Shown: positions 1 to 9,132, numbered from the stretch's first letter. The stretch is 64,000 bases of DNA from Gemmatimonadota bacterium (GCA_039588275.1 JBDHAC010000017.1:42246-106245); one strand, 5' to 3'. Numbers and translations are program-made. Notes: generated from the sequence alone by a model not told the origin.

Positions 1-91
1 CTCGAGACCTTCTCCGAGCCTCGACCTCCTCGAACCGATGGCCTACGTTTACGAGGGCCTGATCCATACCCCCCGACGGGCCGCGCTGGTC

Positions 92-2938
92 ATGGACGCA
101 ACTGACTGGGAGCCTCTGAAACGGCTGTTCGAGCGGGCCAGCGCGTTGCCTGCGGAGGAGCAGGCTGCCTTCCTTGAGAGCGCCTGCGCAGACGACCCCA
201 GTAAGCAAGCCCAACTCGAGTCGTTGTTGGCTGCCGCCCAGGAAGCCAACCCCTTTTTCGACAGCCTCGCCGATGCCGTCCTCTCGCTCCCGCAATGGAC
301 GGACGATTCAACCCCCTCTGCGGCTGCGGAACCCGATCCCTTGATCGGTCGGACGGTCCACCAGTACCGGATCGACGAGAAGCTCGGAAGTGGCGGCATG
401 GGGGTCGTGTACCGCGCACTCGATACCGGTCTCGACCGAACGGTCGCGCTCAAGTTCCTCCCGCACCACCTGCGTGCGGACGACGCAGCCACGGAACGCT
501 TCCTGGTCGAGGCCCGGGCCGCGGCGGCCCTGGACCACCCGAACGTGTGCACCGTGCACGAAATCGGGGAGGACGAGGACGGGCGGCAGTTCATCGCGAT
601 GGCCTGTTACGAGGGTGAGACGCTCAAACAGAAACTCGAGCGGGGGCCGCTCCCGATCGACGAGGCGATCGATTACGCGCATCAGATGGCGGCTGGGCTC
701 GGGGCTGCACACGCACACGACATTGTTCACCGAGACATCAAGCCGGGGAATGTGATCGTCACGCCGGAAGGTGTCGTCAAGGTCCTGGACTTCGGCCTGG
801 CGAAGCTGACCGATGTCACCCTCACTGGCACGGGCACCACGCTGGGCACGGTGGCCTACATGTCGCCGGAGCAGATCCAAGGCGAAGGAGTGGATCGGCG
901 CACGGACCTGTGGTCACTGGGCGTGGTGCTGTACGAGATGCTGACTGGCGATCGCCCGTTTAAAGGGGACTCGACGGCGGTCGTGCTTCACGCCATCCAG
1001 CACGAGGATCCGCTCCCGCCCTCCGTTCTGCGGTCGGAAGTTCCACCGGAGATCGATGCGGTTGTCGGGCAACTGATCACAAAGGACCCCGAGCAGCGGC
1101 CCGAGAGGGCCGAAGCTATGGGCCTGGGCAGCGGCGAGACGACCGTGCCCAAAGGCGTGTTCGGCAGGCCGACCGGGTTGGCGCGGCTCCGCTCGTGGCA
1201 GACCGTGGCGGTTCTGCCCCTCCTCGCCGTGGCCATCATCGTGGGCTGGGGGCTCACCCGCCCGTCGGGTCCGTCTCTCGCGGTGCCGCGGACGGCGATC
1301 GCTGTGCTGCCGTTCGAGGACTTGAGCGTCGAGGCCGAGCATGCCTACTTCGCGGCCGGACTGCACAGCGAATTACTGACCCAGCTCATGAAGGTGGCGA
1401 TGCTCACCGTCACGGCGCGCACGTCGGTTCTGGGCTATGCAGATACGTACAAGCCACTCTCGGTGATTGCAGACGAGCTGGGCGTGGGAAGCATCGTCGA
1501 GGGCAGCGTCCAGGTCCTTGGCGATCGCTTGCGGGTGAATGTGACGCTCTTGGATGGCGAGACCGGCGGGGACCTCTGGGCCGACAGCTATGGCGGCACG
1601 TTGGAGGACGCCTTCGCGGTCCAGAGCGCCATCGCCCAGCAGGTGGTGGTGGCGATTGGAGGGGTCCTCACAGAGACCGAGGCGAGCGCGATTGCCACGC
1701 CGCCGACCGCCAATCCCGAGGCGTACCTGCTCTACTTGCAAGGCGAGGAGTACCGCACGCGGCGGACGAGTTTCGAGCCAGACCTCGAGATCGCACAGCA
1801 GTTTTACGAGCGGGCTCTCGCCATCGACTCGACGTTCGCGCTCGCGTATGCCTCGCTGTCCCAAGTCCACGCATTTCTCTACTGGATGGGACACGACCCG
1901 TCCCTCGGGCGGCTCGAGCGCCAGCGTGAGGCGGCGGAGGCGGCGCTCCGACTCGCCCCCGATCTTCCGCAGGCACGCTGGGCCATGGCGCTGGTGCACT
2001 ACTATGGTGAGCGGGACTACACCCGGGCCCTCGAGGAGCTAACCGCCGCGGTTGAGGAGCTCCCGGGATCCGCCGAGCTGTGGATCTTTGTCGGTGCCTT
2101 ACACCGCCGTTTGGGCCAATGGGATCATGCGGTGGCCGCGTTCGAGAAGGCCACGGCGCTGGACCCGCGCAACGCGAGTTCCATCGCCGAGGTCGGTAAT
2201 ACGCTCGAGTTCCTGCATCGCTATGAGGAGGCCATCGCGGCGTTTGACCGGGCATTGAGATTGGCCCCGGACACTTGGTGGTGGCAGTTGACCAAGGCCA
2301 CGATTTATCTCCGCTGGCTTGGTGAACTGGATACACTACGGAACACCCTACTGCGTGGACCCGAGGACTACGGCCCTTATGGCAGCCGGAACCTGTGGAG
2401 GGCGCGGTTGGCGCTCTGGGAGCGGGAGCCGGACACGGTGTTGGCGCTGCTCGCTGCGCCCGAGTCGGTGACGTTTGAGACGCAGGGTTCACGTGAGCCA
2501 GGGTTGCTGTACGTCGCGTGGGCCCACCAGCTACGTGGGGATCGTGAGGCCGCAGCTCGAGCCTTCACGGGTGCGTTGGCGCAGGCGGATTCGTTACTGC
2601 GCGAGTTCCCCGACGATTGGCGTCTGCGCGTATCACGGGGTCTGGCATTGGCCGGCGTGGGGCATGGAATGGAGGCACGGGCGGAAGCGGAGTGGCTTCG
2701 TGCGAATGTGCTGGGTCAGCATTACGACCGATCTAGGCGGTCCATCCATCACGGGCGTGCACGACCTACGGCTCGATCCACGGTGGGATCCGATCCGCGA
2801 CGATCCACGGTTCCAGGCCCTCCTGGAACGCTACGAGTAGCAGCCGAGTCACCGAGGCACCACCGCCGAGCCGATCGGCTGACCCATCAGATTCCTATGC
2901 CGCGTAACAGCCCGACGCACAACGCGAACTCGAGATAG
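92..2938 (+). CDS. Hanks-type Ser/Thr protein kinase with TM segment, TolB-N-like and TPR domains; C-terminus disrupted by frameshift/deletion
   Basis: Kinase motifs LGSGGMGVVY, VALK, HRDIKPGN, DFG, YMSPEQ; hydrophobic segment; IAVLPF motif; TPR-like helices. Start ATG 92 (MDATDWEPLKRLF) preferred over 38. The family-typical end LRLDPRWDPIRDDPRFQALL is in another frame ending at TAG 2840. Confidence 0.85.
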   Translation: MDATDWEPLKRLFERASALPAEEQAAFLESACADDPSKQAQLESLLAAAQEANPFFDSLADAVLSLPQWTDDSTPSAAAEPDPLIGRTVHQYRIDEKLGSGGMGVVYRALDTGLDRTVALKFLPHHLRADDAATERFLVEARAAAALDHPNVCTVHEIGEDEDGRQFIAMACYEGETLKQKLERGPLPIDEAIDYAHQMAAGLGAAHAHDIVHRDIKPGNVIVTPEGVVKVLDFGLAKLTDVTLTGTGTTLGTVAYMSPEQIQGEGVDRRTDLWSLGVVLYEMLTGDRPFKGDSTAVVLHAIQHEDPLPPSVLRSEVPPEIDAVVGQLITKDPEQRPERAEAMGLGSGETTVPKGVFGRPTGLARLRSWQTVAVLPLLAVAIIVGWGLTRPSGPSLAVPRTAIAVLPFEDLSVEAEHAYFAAGLHSELLTQLMKVAMLTVTARTSVLGYADTYKPLSVIADELGVGSIVEGSVQVLGDRLRVNVTLLDGETGGDLWADSYGGTLEDAFAVQSAIAQQVVVAIGGVLTETEASAIATPPTANPEAYLLYLQGEEYRTRRTSFEPDLEIAQQFYERALAIDSTFALAYASLSQVHAFLYWMGHDPSLGRLERQREAAEAALRLAPDLPQARWAMALVHYYGERDYTRALEELTAAVEELPGSAELWIFVGALHRRLGQWDHAVAAFEKATALDPRNASSIAEVGNTLEFLHRYEEAIAAFDRALRLAPDTWWWQLTKATIYLRWLGELDTLRNTLLRGPEDYGPYGSRNLWRARLALWEREPDTVLALLAAPESVTFETQGSREPGLLYVAWAHQLRGDREAAARAFTGALAQADSLLREFPDDWRLRVSRGLALAGVGHGMEARAEAEWLRANVLGQHYDRSRRSIHHGRARPTARSTVGSDPRRSTVPGPPGTLRVAAESPRHHRRADRLTHQIPMPRNSPTHNANSR

Positions 2939-3055
2939 GCGGATTGGGCACTCGAGCGTTGGGGGGTAACCGCGAGCCGACTTGGCACCGGAACGCTCAG
3001 GTGGGACCCCAACGAAGACCACCGAAGGTCGGCTAAGTACAAGCAGGTCTTGAAA

Positions 3056-3140
3056 TGCCGGAGGAGGGACTCGAACCCTCAAGGGACTATGTCCCACCGG
3101 ATTTTGAGTCCGGCGCGTCTGCCAGTTCCGCCACTCCGGC
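3056..3140 (-). tRNA. tRNA-Leu(CAA), intact, CCA not encoded
   Basis: Reverse complement GCCGGAGTGGCGGAACTGGCAGACGCGCCGGACTCAAAATCCGGTGGGACATAGTCCCTTGAGGGTTCGAGTCCCTCCTCCGGCA folds as a cloverleaf with a long variable arm and CAA anticodon. Confidence 0.97.
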
Positions 3141-3229
3141 GTGTCGTCAGAAACAGCTTGCACGCTACAACCCAGCAGCGTTCGGCCACTTTCGGTTTCG
3201 GCGTGCTGGGCGGCTCTGCTGGGCGAGGT

Positions 3230-3385
3230 TTACTTGACCTCCCGCAGCTCCACCCCGTGTGTCACGACCTTGAGCATCGTCGCATCGTCGGGCTGTTGAT
3301 ACGCCTGCTTGAGCGCCTCCAAGCTACTCCAGTCTACCGCCTGTGCAACGTCCAAACCGGGCAGGCCCTTCCGCAACTTGCCCAC
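3230..3385 (-). pseudogene. C-terminal fragment of a tyrosine recombinase/integrase
   Basis: Manual translation VGKLRKGLPGLDVAQAVDWSSLEALKQAYQQPDDATMLKVVTHGVELREVK*, resembling the RK.LP..DVA...W.S...L...YQQ region with the catalytic Tyr. In-frame stop just upstream (3416-3418). Not in the ORF track. Confidence 0.7.
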
Positions 3386-3758
3386 AGCGGAGTCTCTGGG
3401 AGCTCTCCTGCCCTCCTAGCCCCGAACGCCCGTTCTCCGCCCGAACCCGCCCAGAGAACCCGTCCATTCGAGACCGATCGCGTCAGCGGTCGCGCTATTA
3501 CGCGGCAGAGGAATCGTCTGGGTCAGCAGAAACGGGTGTAGGCGCGTCAGATCGGAAACGTATCGGACCACCTGTTGGACCCACATCCACAGGCGGTCGC
3601 ATCGTGAACGTCACGGCGGGACCTCATTTGACCCCAACCGCTCACGCCCCGCTCCGCCACGACCTGCTGCAGTCTGCGCTGTGCCGCGACGCCATGCGCG
3701 GCGCCCGAATCTGGCCCGCGCCTCTGGGGCAAGCCCCTTGTCGTGGTGATCTGAGCCG

Positions 3759-4250
3759 TCAGCGGCGCGTTGCCGCGAACACGCCAGCCCGGGGGAAGTA
3801 CAGACGGTCTGAGAACGTGCCGGTCGCCGTCTCGTTCGAGATCACCCCGGCTAGGCTCAGGACCTCGGTACCGGAGGGGGAGCCTCCCTCCTCGAACAGG
3901 ACGATCAGGAGCTCGCTCCCGCCGGAGCCGAGCCGGAACTCCGCGGCGCCTTGACGTGGCTCCCGGTCGGGGTCTCCGTTTTCGGCCGTCCAAACGCCCG
4001 ACACCGCCTCTCCCGGCCGGAGCTCCGCTGACGCGACCGAGAACCTCGTCGGCAAGCCCGTCGGGGTCGGGTTCTGGCTGGTCTGTGTCAGCTCGATGCC
4101 GAACGTGATGGACGGGCTCGCGCCCGGGGTCCCGCTCGAGAAGTCATCGCCCGAGGCCACGTCGCCGAGCGGTTCGGGCGTCCCTGGCCCACACCCGATC
4201 ATGAGGCTGATCAGGCCGAAAGCCACAAATGAGCGCCCCACATATCCCAT
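3759..4250 (-). CDS. Hypothetical lipoprotein (islet cargo)
   Basis: GGAGGAG SD 6 nt before ATG 4250; hydrophobic N-terminus ending in lipobox-like LMIGC. Confidence 0.65.
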   Translation of the reverse strand: MGYVGRSFVAFGLISLMIGCGPGTPEPLGDVASGDDFSSGTPGASPSITFGIELTQTSQNPTPTGLPTRFSVASAELRPGEAVSGVWTAENGDPDREPRQGAAEFRLGSGGSELLIVLFEEGGSPSGTEVLSLAGVISNETATGTFSDRLYFPRAGVFAATRR

Positions 4251-4404
4251 GGCCATCTCCTCCTTCCTCGGTCTCCGGTACCCCCGGGCTCGGTCAATGA
4301 TTCGACCCCGGGAATGTGTTCCGGGGGGGTCACCTGCCGCACAAACGGCGGCAGGTGACCGACCCGCGAGGCGCCCCGTTTCGATGGGAACGGGACCACC
4401 CAGC

Positions 4405-5967
4405 TCATTTCTTCTTGCCCTGGAATCTCACTTCACTGAAGAAAACGTCGGGATCACCGAGGCGGCCATCCCCCCAAACCGCGAAGGTCCGATTGCCGCT
4501 CGTGGAAATGTCGTTGTAGTCGCCGAAGTTGGGAATGATGTCGGTGGCCGTAGCCGCCCAGTCTGTCCCGACATCGCTGACTCGCACATTGGGGCCGAAG
4601 GTGACCCCGCCATCCGTCGACTGCGCCATGAACGTGTTCGTGATCGACGTCCCGGCGTTGAGCCGCCGATCATACCACATCACATCTACGTTGCCCCCGG
4701 GCTCGACATGGACCATCGGCCAGAATTGGAGGGCCCCAGGGCCGTCGTCGTTCACCAGCACGGGCGTGCTCCAGGACGCACCGCCGTCGTCCGAGTAGCT
4801 GAGGAAGACGTCGGCGTCCCCCAACACGGCGTCGTGATACGTAACGTACACCCGTCCCCGGTGTACCCCGGTCTGCGCGACGGCAATGCGTGGGAAATCG
4901 TTGATCGTGGGCCGGTTGTATCCCGAGGGCGGACTGAAGGCGATGGAGCTGATGGTAGACACGAGGCTGGGCGGGCCGAAGCTCGCCCCGCCGTCCGTCG
5001 ACGTGGCGACCACGATGTCCGGGGTTGGGGACGTCAACCAGCCTCGTTCCCATACCACGTAGACATCACCGTTCGGCGCAACGGCCGGCTCCGACCCCTG
5101 GTTGACCGTTCCGGCGATGATCGGACCCGCTACCACGGGCGCCCCGAAGGAGGCGCCGCCGTCGTGGGAGGCGACTACATCGATCTGAGAATTGGCAAAC
5201 CCTACGAACCGTGTGTAGGTCACGTACACGTCGGTTCCCGTGTGGTCCACGTCGATGAACTCTTTGTCAAGGAAGTCCACCGTCGAACTGGCAGCGTAGA
5301 TGGGCGTGGCCCAGTTCACGGTGACCGCATCCGCCAGCCCGGTCGTGACGCAGATGCCGCTGATCGCCCCGTCGAAGCAGAGGTCCGCAAACAGGAAGTC
5401 CTTGTCGTTGTTGACGGCCAGGGCTGGATCACCGCCGTGGATGAACCCCGCTGTGGCCATCCGAGGGAATCCGCCCCCATCTGTCCACGTCTGTCCCCGG
5501 TCGGTGGAGACCCCCCACCCAGAGAGGCCGTCAGCGGGGACGTAGAAGCCTGCCGCATCGTTCCAGGCCGCCACGAGCGTGCCCCCGGACGAGGCTATGC
5601 TGACTTCGCTCTGGCCCAGCCCCGGTTGGGCGCGGTTGTTCACGAGGACATCGGCCATGTCCGTCGGGCCGCTGGCCGCGGCGACGCGGGAGAACGAGGG
5701 CATGCCGATCGAGATACCGGAGCTCCGCCCGCGGCTGGTCCGAGCGTCCGCCGCGTCCGGCCTGCCGAACAGGAGCCGATACGACGCGGCCCCCAGGTAG
5801 TCCTTGTACGGTTCAGCACGTTCGGCCATCTGGTCCAACAGATCACTCTCTACGACGCTGAGCGCGGGAGCGGCGCCCGGCTGCAGCGGCCCCCCCGAAT
5901 CCTCGCAGGCCGCCATGGCGAACAGGGCCAGGCCCGCTGCGAAAGCGGGGATACGTTTCCTAAACAT
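4405..5967 (-). CDS. Secreted sialidase-like/BNR (Asp-box) beta-propeller lipoprotein
   Basis: SD GGAGGA before MFRKRIPAFAAGLALFAMAAC; repeated Asp-box motifs STDRGQTW, SHDGGASF, STDGGASF, SDDGGASW, STDGGVTF. Confidence 0.85.
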   Translation of the reverse strand: MFRKRIPAFAAGLALFAMAACEDSGGPLQPGAAPALSVVESDLLDQMAERAEPYKDYLGAASYRLLFGRPDAADARTSRGRSSGISIGMPSFSRVAAASGPTDMADVLVNNRAQPGLGQSEVSIASSGGTLVAAWNDAAGFYVPADGLSGWGVSTDRGQTWTDGGGFPRMATAGFIHGGDPALAVNNDKDFLFADLCFDGAISGICVTTGLADAVTVNWATPIYAASSTVDFLDKEFIDVDHTGTDVYVTYTRFVGFANSQIDVVASHDGGASFGAPVVAGPIIAGTVNQGSEPAVAPNGDVYVVWERGWLTSPTPDIVVATSTDGGASFGPPSLVSTISSIAFSPPSGYNRPTINDFPRIAVAQTGVHRGRVYVTYHDAVLGDADVFLSYSDDGGASWSTPVLVNDDGPGALQFWPMVHVEPGGNVDVMWYDRRLNAGTSITNTFMAQSTDGGVTFGPNVRVSDVGTDWAATATDIIPNFGDYNDISTSGNRTFAVWGDGRLGDPDVFFSEVRFQGKKK

Positions 5968-6913
5968 CCCATCCTCCTTCCTTCTTAGGTAGGCCGGCGG
6001 AGCTTGGGCGCTCCGCCCGACGGGGCTGACGACCGGGAAGTCGGTTCTCCCGGTCTGCGCTTTGATCCTGCTGCCAGACAGGATCGTGGGCGCGATCGCC
6101 CGCGGTGAACGGTGGGGACGCACGAGAACCCTCCCGGCTTTCCCTCCCTCGCGCCGTCGTCGCGGCGCTCGGGAGGAGTGGCTAGGAGACAGATTTCGTG
6201 GGCTCCAAGGAACGATCGGTCGAATATGCGAGGAACATCCGGACTCGTTCCCTGTAAGTTGGACTTGCCAAACACGTGCGCCCCCTGTGGGTGTCGTGTT
6301 GCGGTAGCTGTCAGCTGGTGAGTTCCGTCACAGAGCCGCCAGCTGGCAGCTTTCTTGTTCTATGGTCGCCCGTCCCGCTCATCCCCGCTGGGAACTAGGC
6401 AGTCGCCTCCTTATATCCGCCAAGAACGAGAAACGGGACGCAACCCACAGGCTACGCCCCGCTATTACTTTTCGTGGCTGTTCGAATTGGTCGGGTTAGA
6501 GAGTCCGCGAGACGTGAGCCGAGTTCGGTGCGAAGGGAGAGCTACGGGAGCGGCAAACCACTCAGGAGGTAGGCACCGTAGGATCCTGATGCTCATGCCC
6601 AAGACCCGCGCAAAAGACCACTTCCGCCCCGAGCCACAACCCACCAACTCTTGCAGTCTACCAGACCCGCACACGCACCGGCAAGAGGCGTTCGGCAAGA
6701 GGGGGACTAGACACCGCACCACCGACCTCGGGCGAAGGGGCGTCAGCTAACGAATTGCGCGTCAGGGGAGTTGGTTGTCCGGAAGAAGAGCAGCATAGGG
6801 GGCCTTCTGCTTCGCTAGGTCAGCCCATCCGAGCTCGAGCTATACGCTGGGATAGCGAAGAAAGGCTCGTGGCGTATGGCGTTCCAGCGAAATACGCCGG
6901 AGTGGCGGGCCGC

Positions 6914-6952
6914 TTTTGAGTCCGGCGCGTCTGCCAGTTCCGCCACTCCGGC
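6914..6952 (-). repeat. Orphan 5' half of tRNA-Leu(CAA) (att-site duplicate)
   Basis: Identical to tRNA positions 3102-3140, from the 5' G through anticodon loop CTCAAAA, then diverges. Confidence 0.93.
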
Positions 6953-7095
6953 GAGTGGAGTGATTAGTAAGGCCGAGCGAGCGCGTTCGCTACTGTCGGT
7001 TGTCTCGGGTTCTGCCCCCTCAACTCTCTGAATCGCGCACTGCAATCCACGCGTACGCATGGGTGAACCTGACACGGTTACCTGGAGGCCCCCGC

Positions 7096-7431
7096 ATGGA
7101 CATGGACCTGGCGCTGATTCTGGCATTCGTCGTGACATCGCTCTTCATCGTCGTCGGGGGAATCGTGCTCTTCCCGATCGCCCGACGGCTCGGCGCGTAC
7201 CTGGAGACGTTGGCCCTCGAGCGCCGCAAGCCACAGGCGCCAGCCCTCCAGGATCCCACTGGCTTGCAGGAGTATCTCACGGGCGTGTCCGCCTCGCTCG
7301 AATCCATCGAGGGCCGTCTCGACCTGATCGACGAGCGGCAGACCTTCCTGGAGCACCTCGTCGAGAATCGCTCGCCCGAGCGGTTGGCCCAGGGCGTGGC
7401 GCCGAAGGATGCCCGGACGCCCACCGCCTGA
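7096..7431 (+). CDS. Small membrane-anchored coiled-coil hypothetical protein
   Basis: GGAGG SD before ATG 7096; N-terminal TM helix; coiled-coil tail LESIEGRLDLIDERQTFLEHLV. Confidence 0.75.
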   Translation: MDMDLALILAFVVTSLFIVVGGIVLFPIARRLGAYLETLALERRKPQAPALQDPTGLQEYLTGVSASLESIEGRLDLIDERQTFLEHLVENRSPERLAQGVAPKDARTPTA

Positions 7432-7478
7432 AGGGGTTTGCTCGTGAGCGGCCGCCCGACCTAGGTTGGGGATAAGAG

Positions 7479-7564
7479 AATGCCGGTGCGCGCGGTATTT
7501 GAGCGGCGTGATTGCCGTCATGTCCTTGCCACAGGAGGGTGCCGCGACGCACCGGCATTTTTTT
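7479..7564 (+). terminator. Branched stem-loop with U-tract (terminator or structured RNA)
   Basis: AATGCCGGTGCG (7479-7490) pairs with CGCACCGGCATT (7548-7559), enclosing two small hairpins, followed by a T run. Confidence 0.6.
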
Positions 7565-7783
7565 CGCCTCGGGACTTCGCCCGGGCATCTATCTGTAATA
7601 CGGAACTCGGGACCAAATTTGTTTCCCAGCCCGTCCGAGTTCTAAGACACCCGCCACCGTCGTTTGGTTGCTTTTCGGCGTCCCTCACCAGAACGAGGCC
7701 AACGGTGAATGGGTGCCGCGGACGCGAGGAACCGAGCGCGCCCTCGACACGCGCCGGGGCGCGACGGTCAACCGAGGCGAGGG

Positions 7784-8890
7784 TTAGACGGGCAAGTAGA
7801 AGAACACCAGCCCGAGAATCAGGTAGATGGCGAGCAACAGGACCCCTTCCATCCAGTGCGTGATTCCATCGTCCGCAATGCTGGAGATCGCGAGCACGGA
7901 TAGCCCTACCGCCACCACCTCGAGCGACGTGAAGCGCAGATCCATGGGCGCTGGCCCGATCGCGTAGCTGAGGAAGACGAGCAGCGGCGCCACGAAGAGT
8001 GCGATCTGTACAGAAGAGCCGACCGCGATCTGGACGGAGAGATCCATCTTGTTCTTGAGGGCCATCAGCACCGCGGTCGAATGCTCGGCCGCGTTCCCGA
8101 CGAGCGCGACCACGATCACGCCGATGAACACCTCGTTCATGCCCAACGTGTGCGCAGCGTCCTCGGCGGCGCCAACGAGGATCTCGCTCATGAGCCCGAC
8201 GACCGCTGCCGCAGCGAGGAGCACGCCCAGCGCCTTTCTCGCGGACCACGTCGGGGTGTCTTCGCCCGCATGGTCTCCGCCGTCTCCGGCCTCATGGTGG
8301 TGACGCTCGCCCACGTACAGGTGTTGGTGTGTGCGAAGCGTGAACACGAGCGCCAGGACGTAGCTGGCCATCAGGACGACCGCGATCGTCAGGCTGAGAG
8401 GCTGCTCGTTGGCTAGGCTGGTGGGCGCGATCTGGTGGTACACGGCGGGGACGACGAGGCCGATGGCGCTCAACAGCAACATGGTGGACCCGAGGCTCGC
8501 CGCGGTGCGGTTGAACTCTTGCCGCCTGTAGCGCAGGCCGCCAAGCAAGGCGCTCAGACCGAACACGAGCAGGATGTTCCCGATGATGGACCCGGTGAGC
8601 GAGGCCTTGACCAGATCGGTCAGCCCCGCGCGGAGCGCGAAGATCGCGATGATCAGCTCGGCGGCGTTGCCGAACGTGGCGTTCAGCAGGCCGCCCAGCC
8701 CCGTGCCGACCCGCACCGCCAACATCTCGGTCGATCTTCCCATCAAGCCTGCGAGCGGGATGATCGCGAGCGCCGAGCACGCGAAGATGGCGACGGCGGA
8801 CGCATGCCAAACGTATTCGATGGCCAGCGTGACGGGGATAAAGACCAGCAGGATGGAGAGTGCGTTTTCTGCGCTGAGCCGCCGTGTCAC
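7784..8890 (-). CDS. cax: Ca2+/H+ antiporter (CaCA family, CAX/ChaA-like)
   Basis: Two alpha-repeat signatures GNAAE; many TM helices. GTG start at 8890 with GGAGA SD; the upstream ORF extension overlaps tRNA-Cys. Confidence 0.92.
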   Translation of the reverse strand: MTRRLSAENALSILLVFIPVTLAIEYVWHASAVAIFACSALAIIPLAGLMGRSTEMLAVRVGTGLGGLLNATFGNAAELIIAIFALRAGLTDLVKASLTGSIIGNILLVFGLSALLGGLRYRRQEFNRTAASLGSTMLLLSAIGLVVPAVYHQIAPTSLANEQPLSLTIAVVLMASYVLALVFTLRTHQHLYVGERHHHEAGDGGDHAGEDTPTWSARKALGVLLAAAAVVGLMSEILVGAAEDAAHTLGMNEVFIGVIVVALVGNAAEHSTAVLMALKNKMDLSVQIAVGSSVQIALFVAPLLVFLSYAIGPAPMDLRFTSLEVVAVGLSVLAISSIADDGITHWMEGVLLLAIYLILGLVFFYLPV

Positions 8891-8933
8891 CGCCGCGTCT
8901 CCCGGTCCACGCACCAGAGTCCGATGGGTAAGA

Positions 8934-9004
8934 AGGCGCCGTCCGGATTCGAACCGGAGTAGGGGGCTTTGCAGGCCCCTGCCTAGCCGCTCGGCCACGG
9001 CGCC
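8934..9004 (-). tRNA. tRNA-Cys(GCA)
   Basis: Reverse complement GGCGCCGTGGCCGAGCGGCTAGGCAGGGGCCTGCAAAGCCCCCTACTCCGGTTCGAATCCGGACGGCGCCT; cloverleaf with GCA anticodon and U discriminator. Confidence 0.97.
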
Positions 9005-9132
9005 ACGACGGACGAAAGCCTAATCGGTTTTCGGTCACCGGTAAAGACCGCGATCGGCCTCGCGCGGGCACATTCTACCCCCGAAGGTGACCCGGGGTCG
9101 CCGGGGCGACCCCGCCGGTCTATACTCGCCGC

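Larger units (their letters stand above)
3102..6953. mobile_element. Decayed integrative islet inserted in the 5' half of tRNA-Leu(CAA)
   Basis: 40-bp direct repeat 3102-3141 / 6914-6953 covering the tRNA 5' half; integrase C-terminal remnant at 3230-3385; two cargo lipoprotein genes. Confidence 0.8.

Noticed and set aside
3050..3541. 163-aa plus-strand ORF
   Set aside because: Overlaps tRNA-Leu and is antisense to the integrase remnant.
4096..5988. 630-aa plus-strand ORF
   Set aside because: Antisense shadow of the Asp-box lipoprotein; Arg/Pro-rich with no motifs, as expected in high-GC DNA.
6355..6750. 131-aa ORF in the islet
   Set aside because: No SD, no recognisable motif and atypical composition; probably non-coding or decayed.
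6914..6952. A second functional tRNA-Leu, or a split-tRNA half
   Set aside because: No T-arm or 3' acceptor strand and no separate matching 3' half in the window; better explained as an att duplicate.
8891..8998. N-terminal extension of the Ca2+/H+ antiporter
   Set aside because: Runs through tRNA-Cys; GTG 8890 has its own SD.
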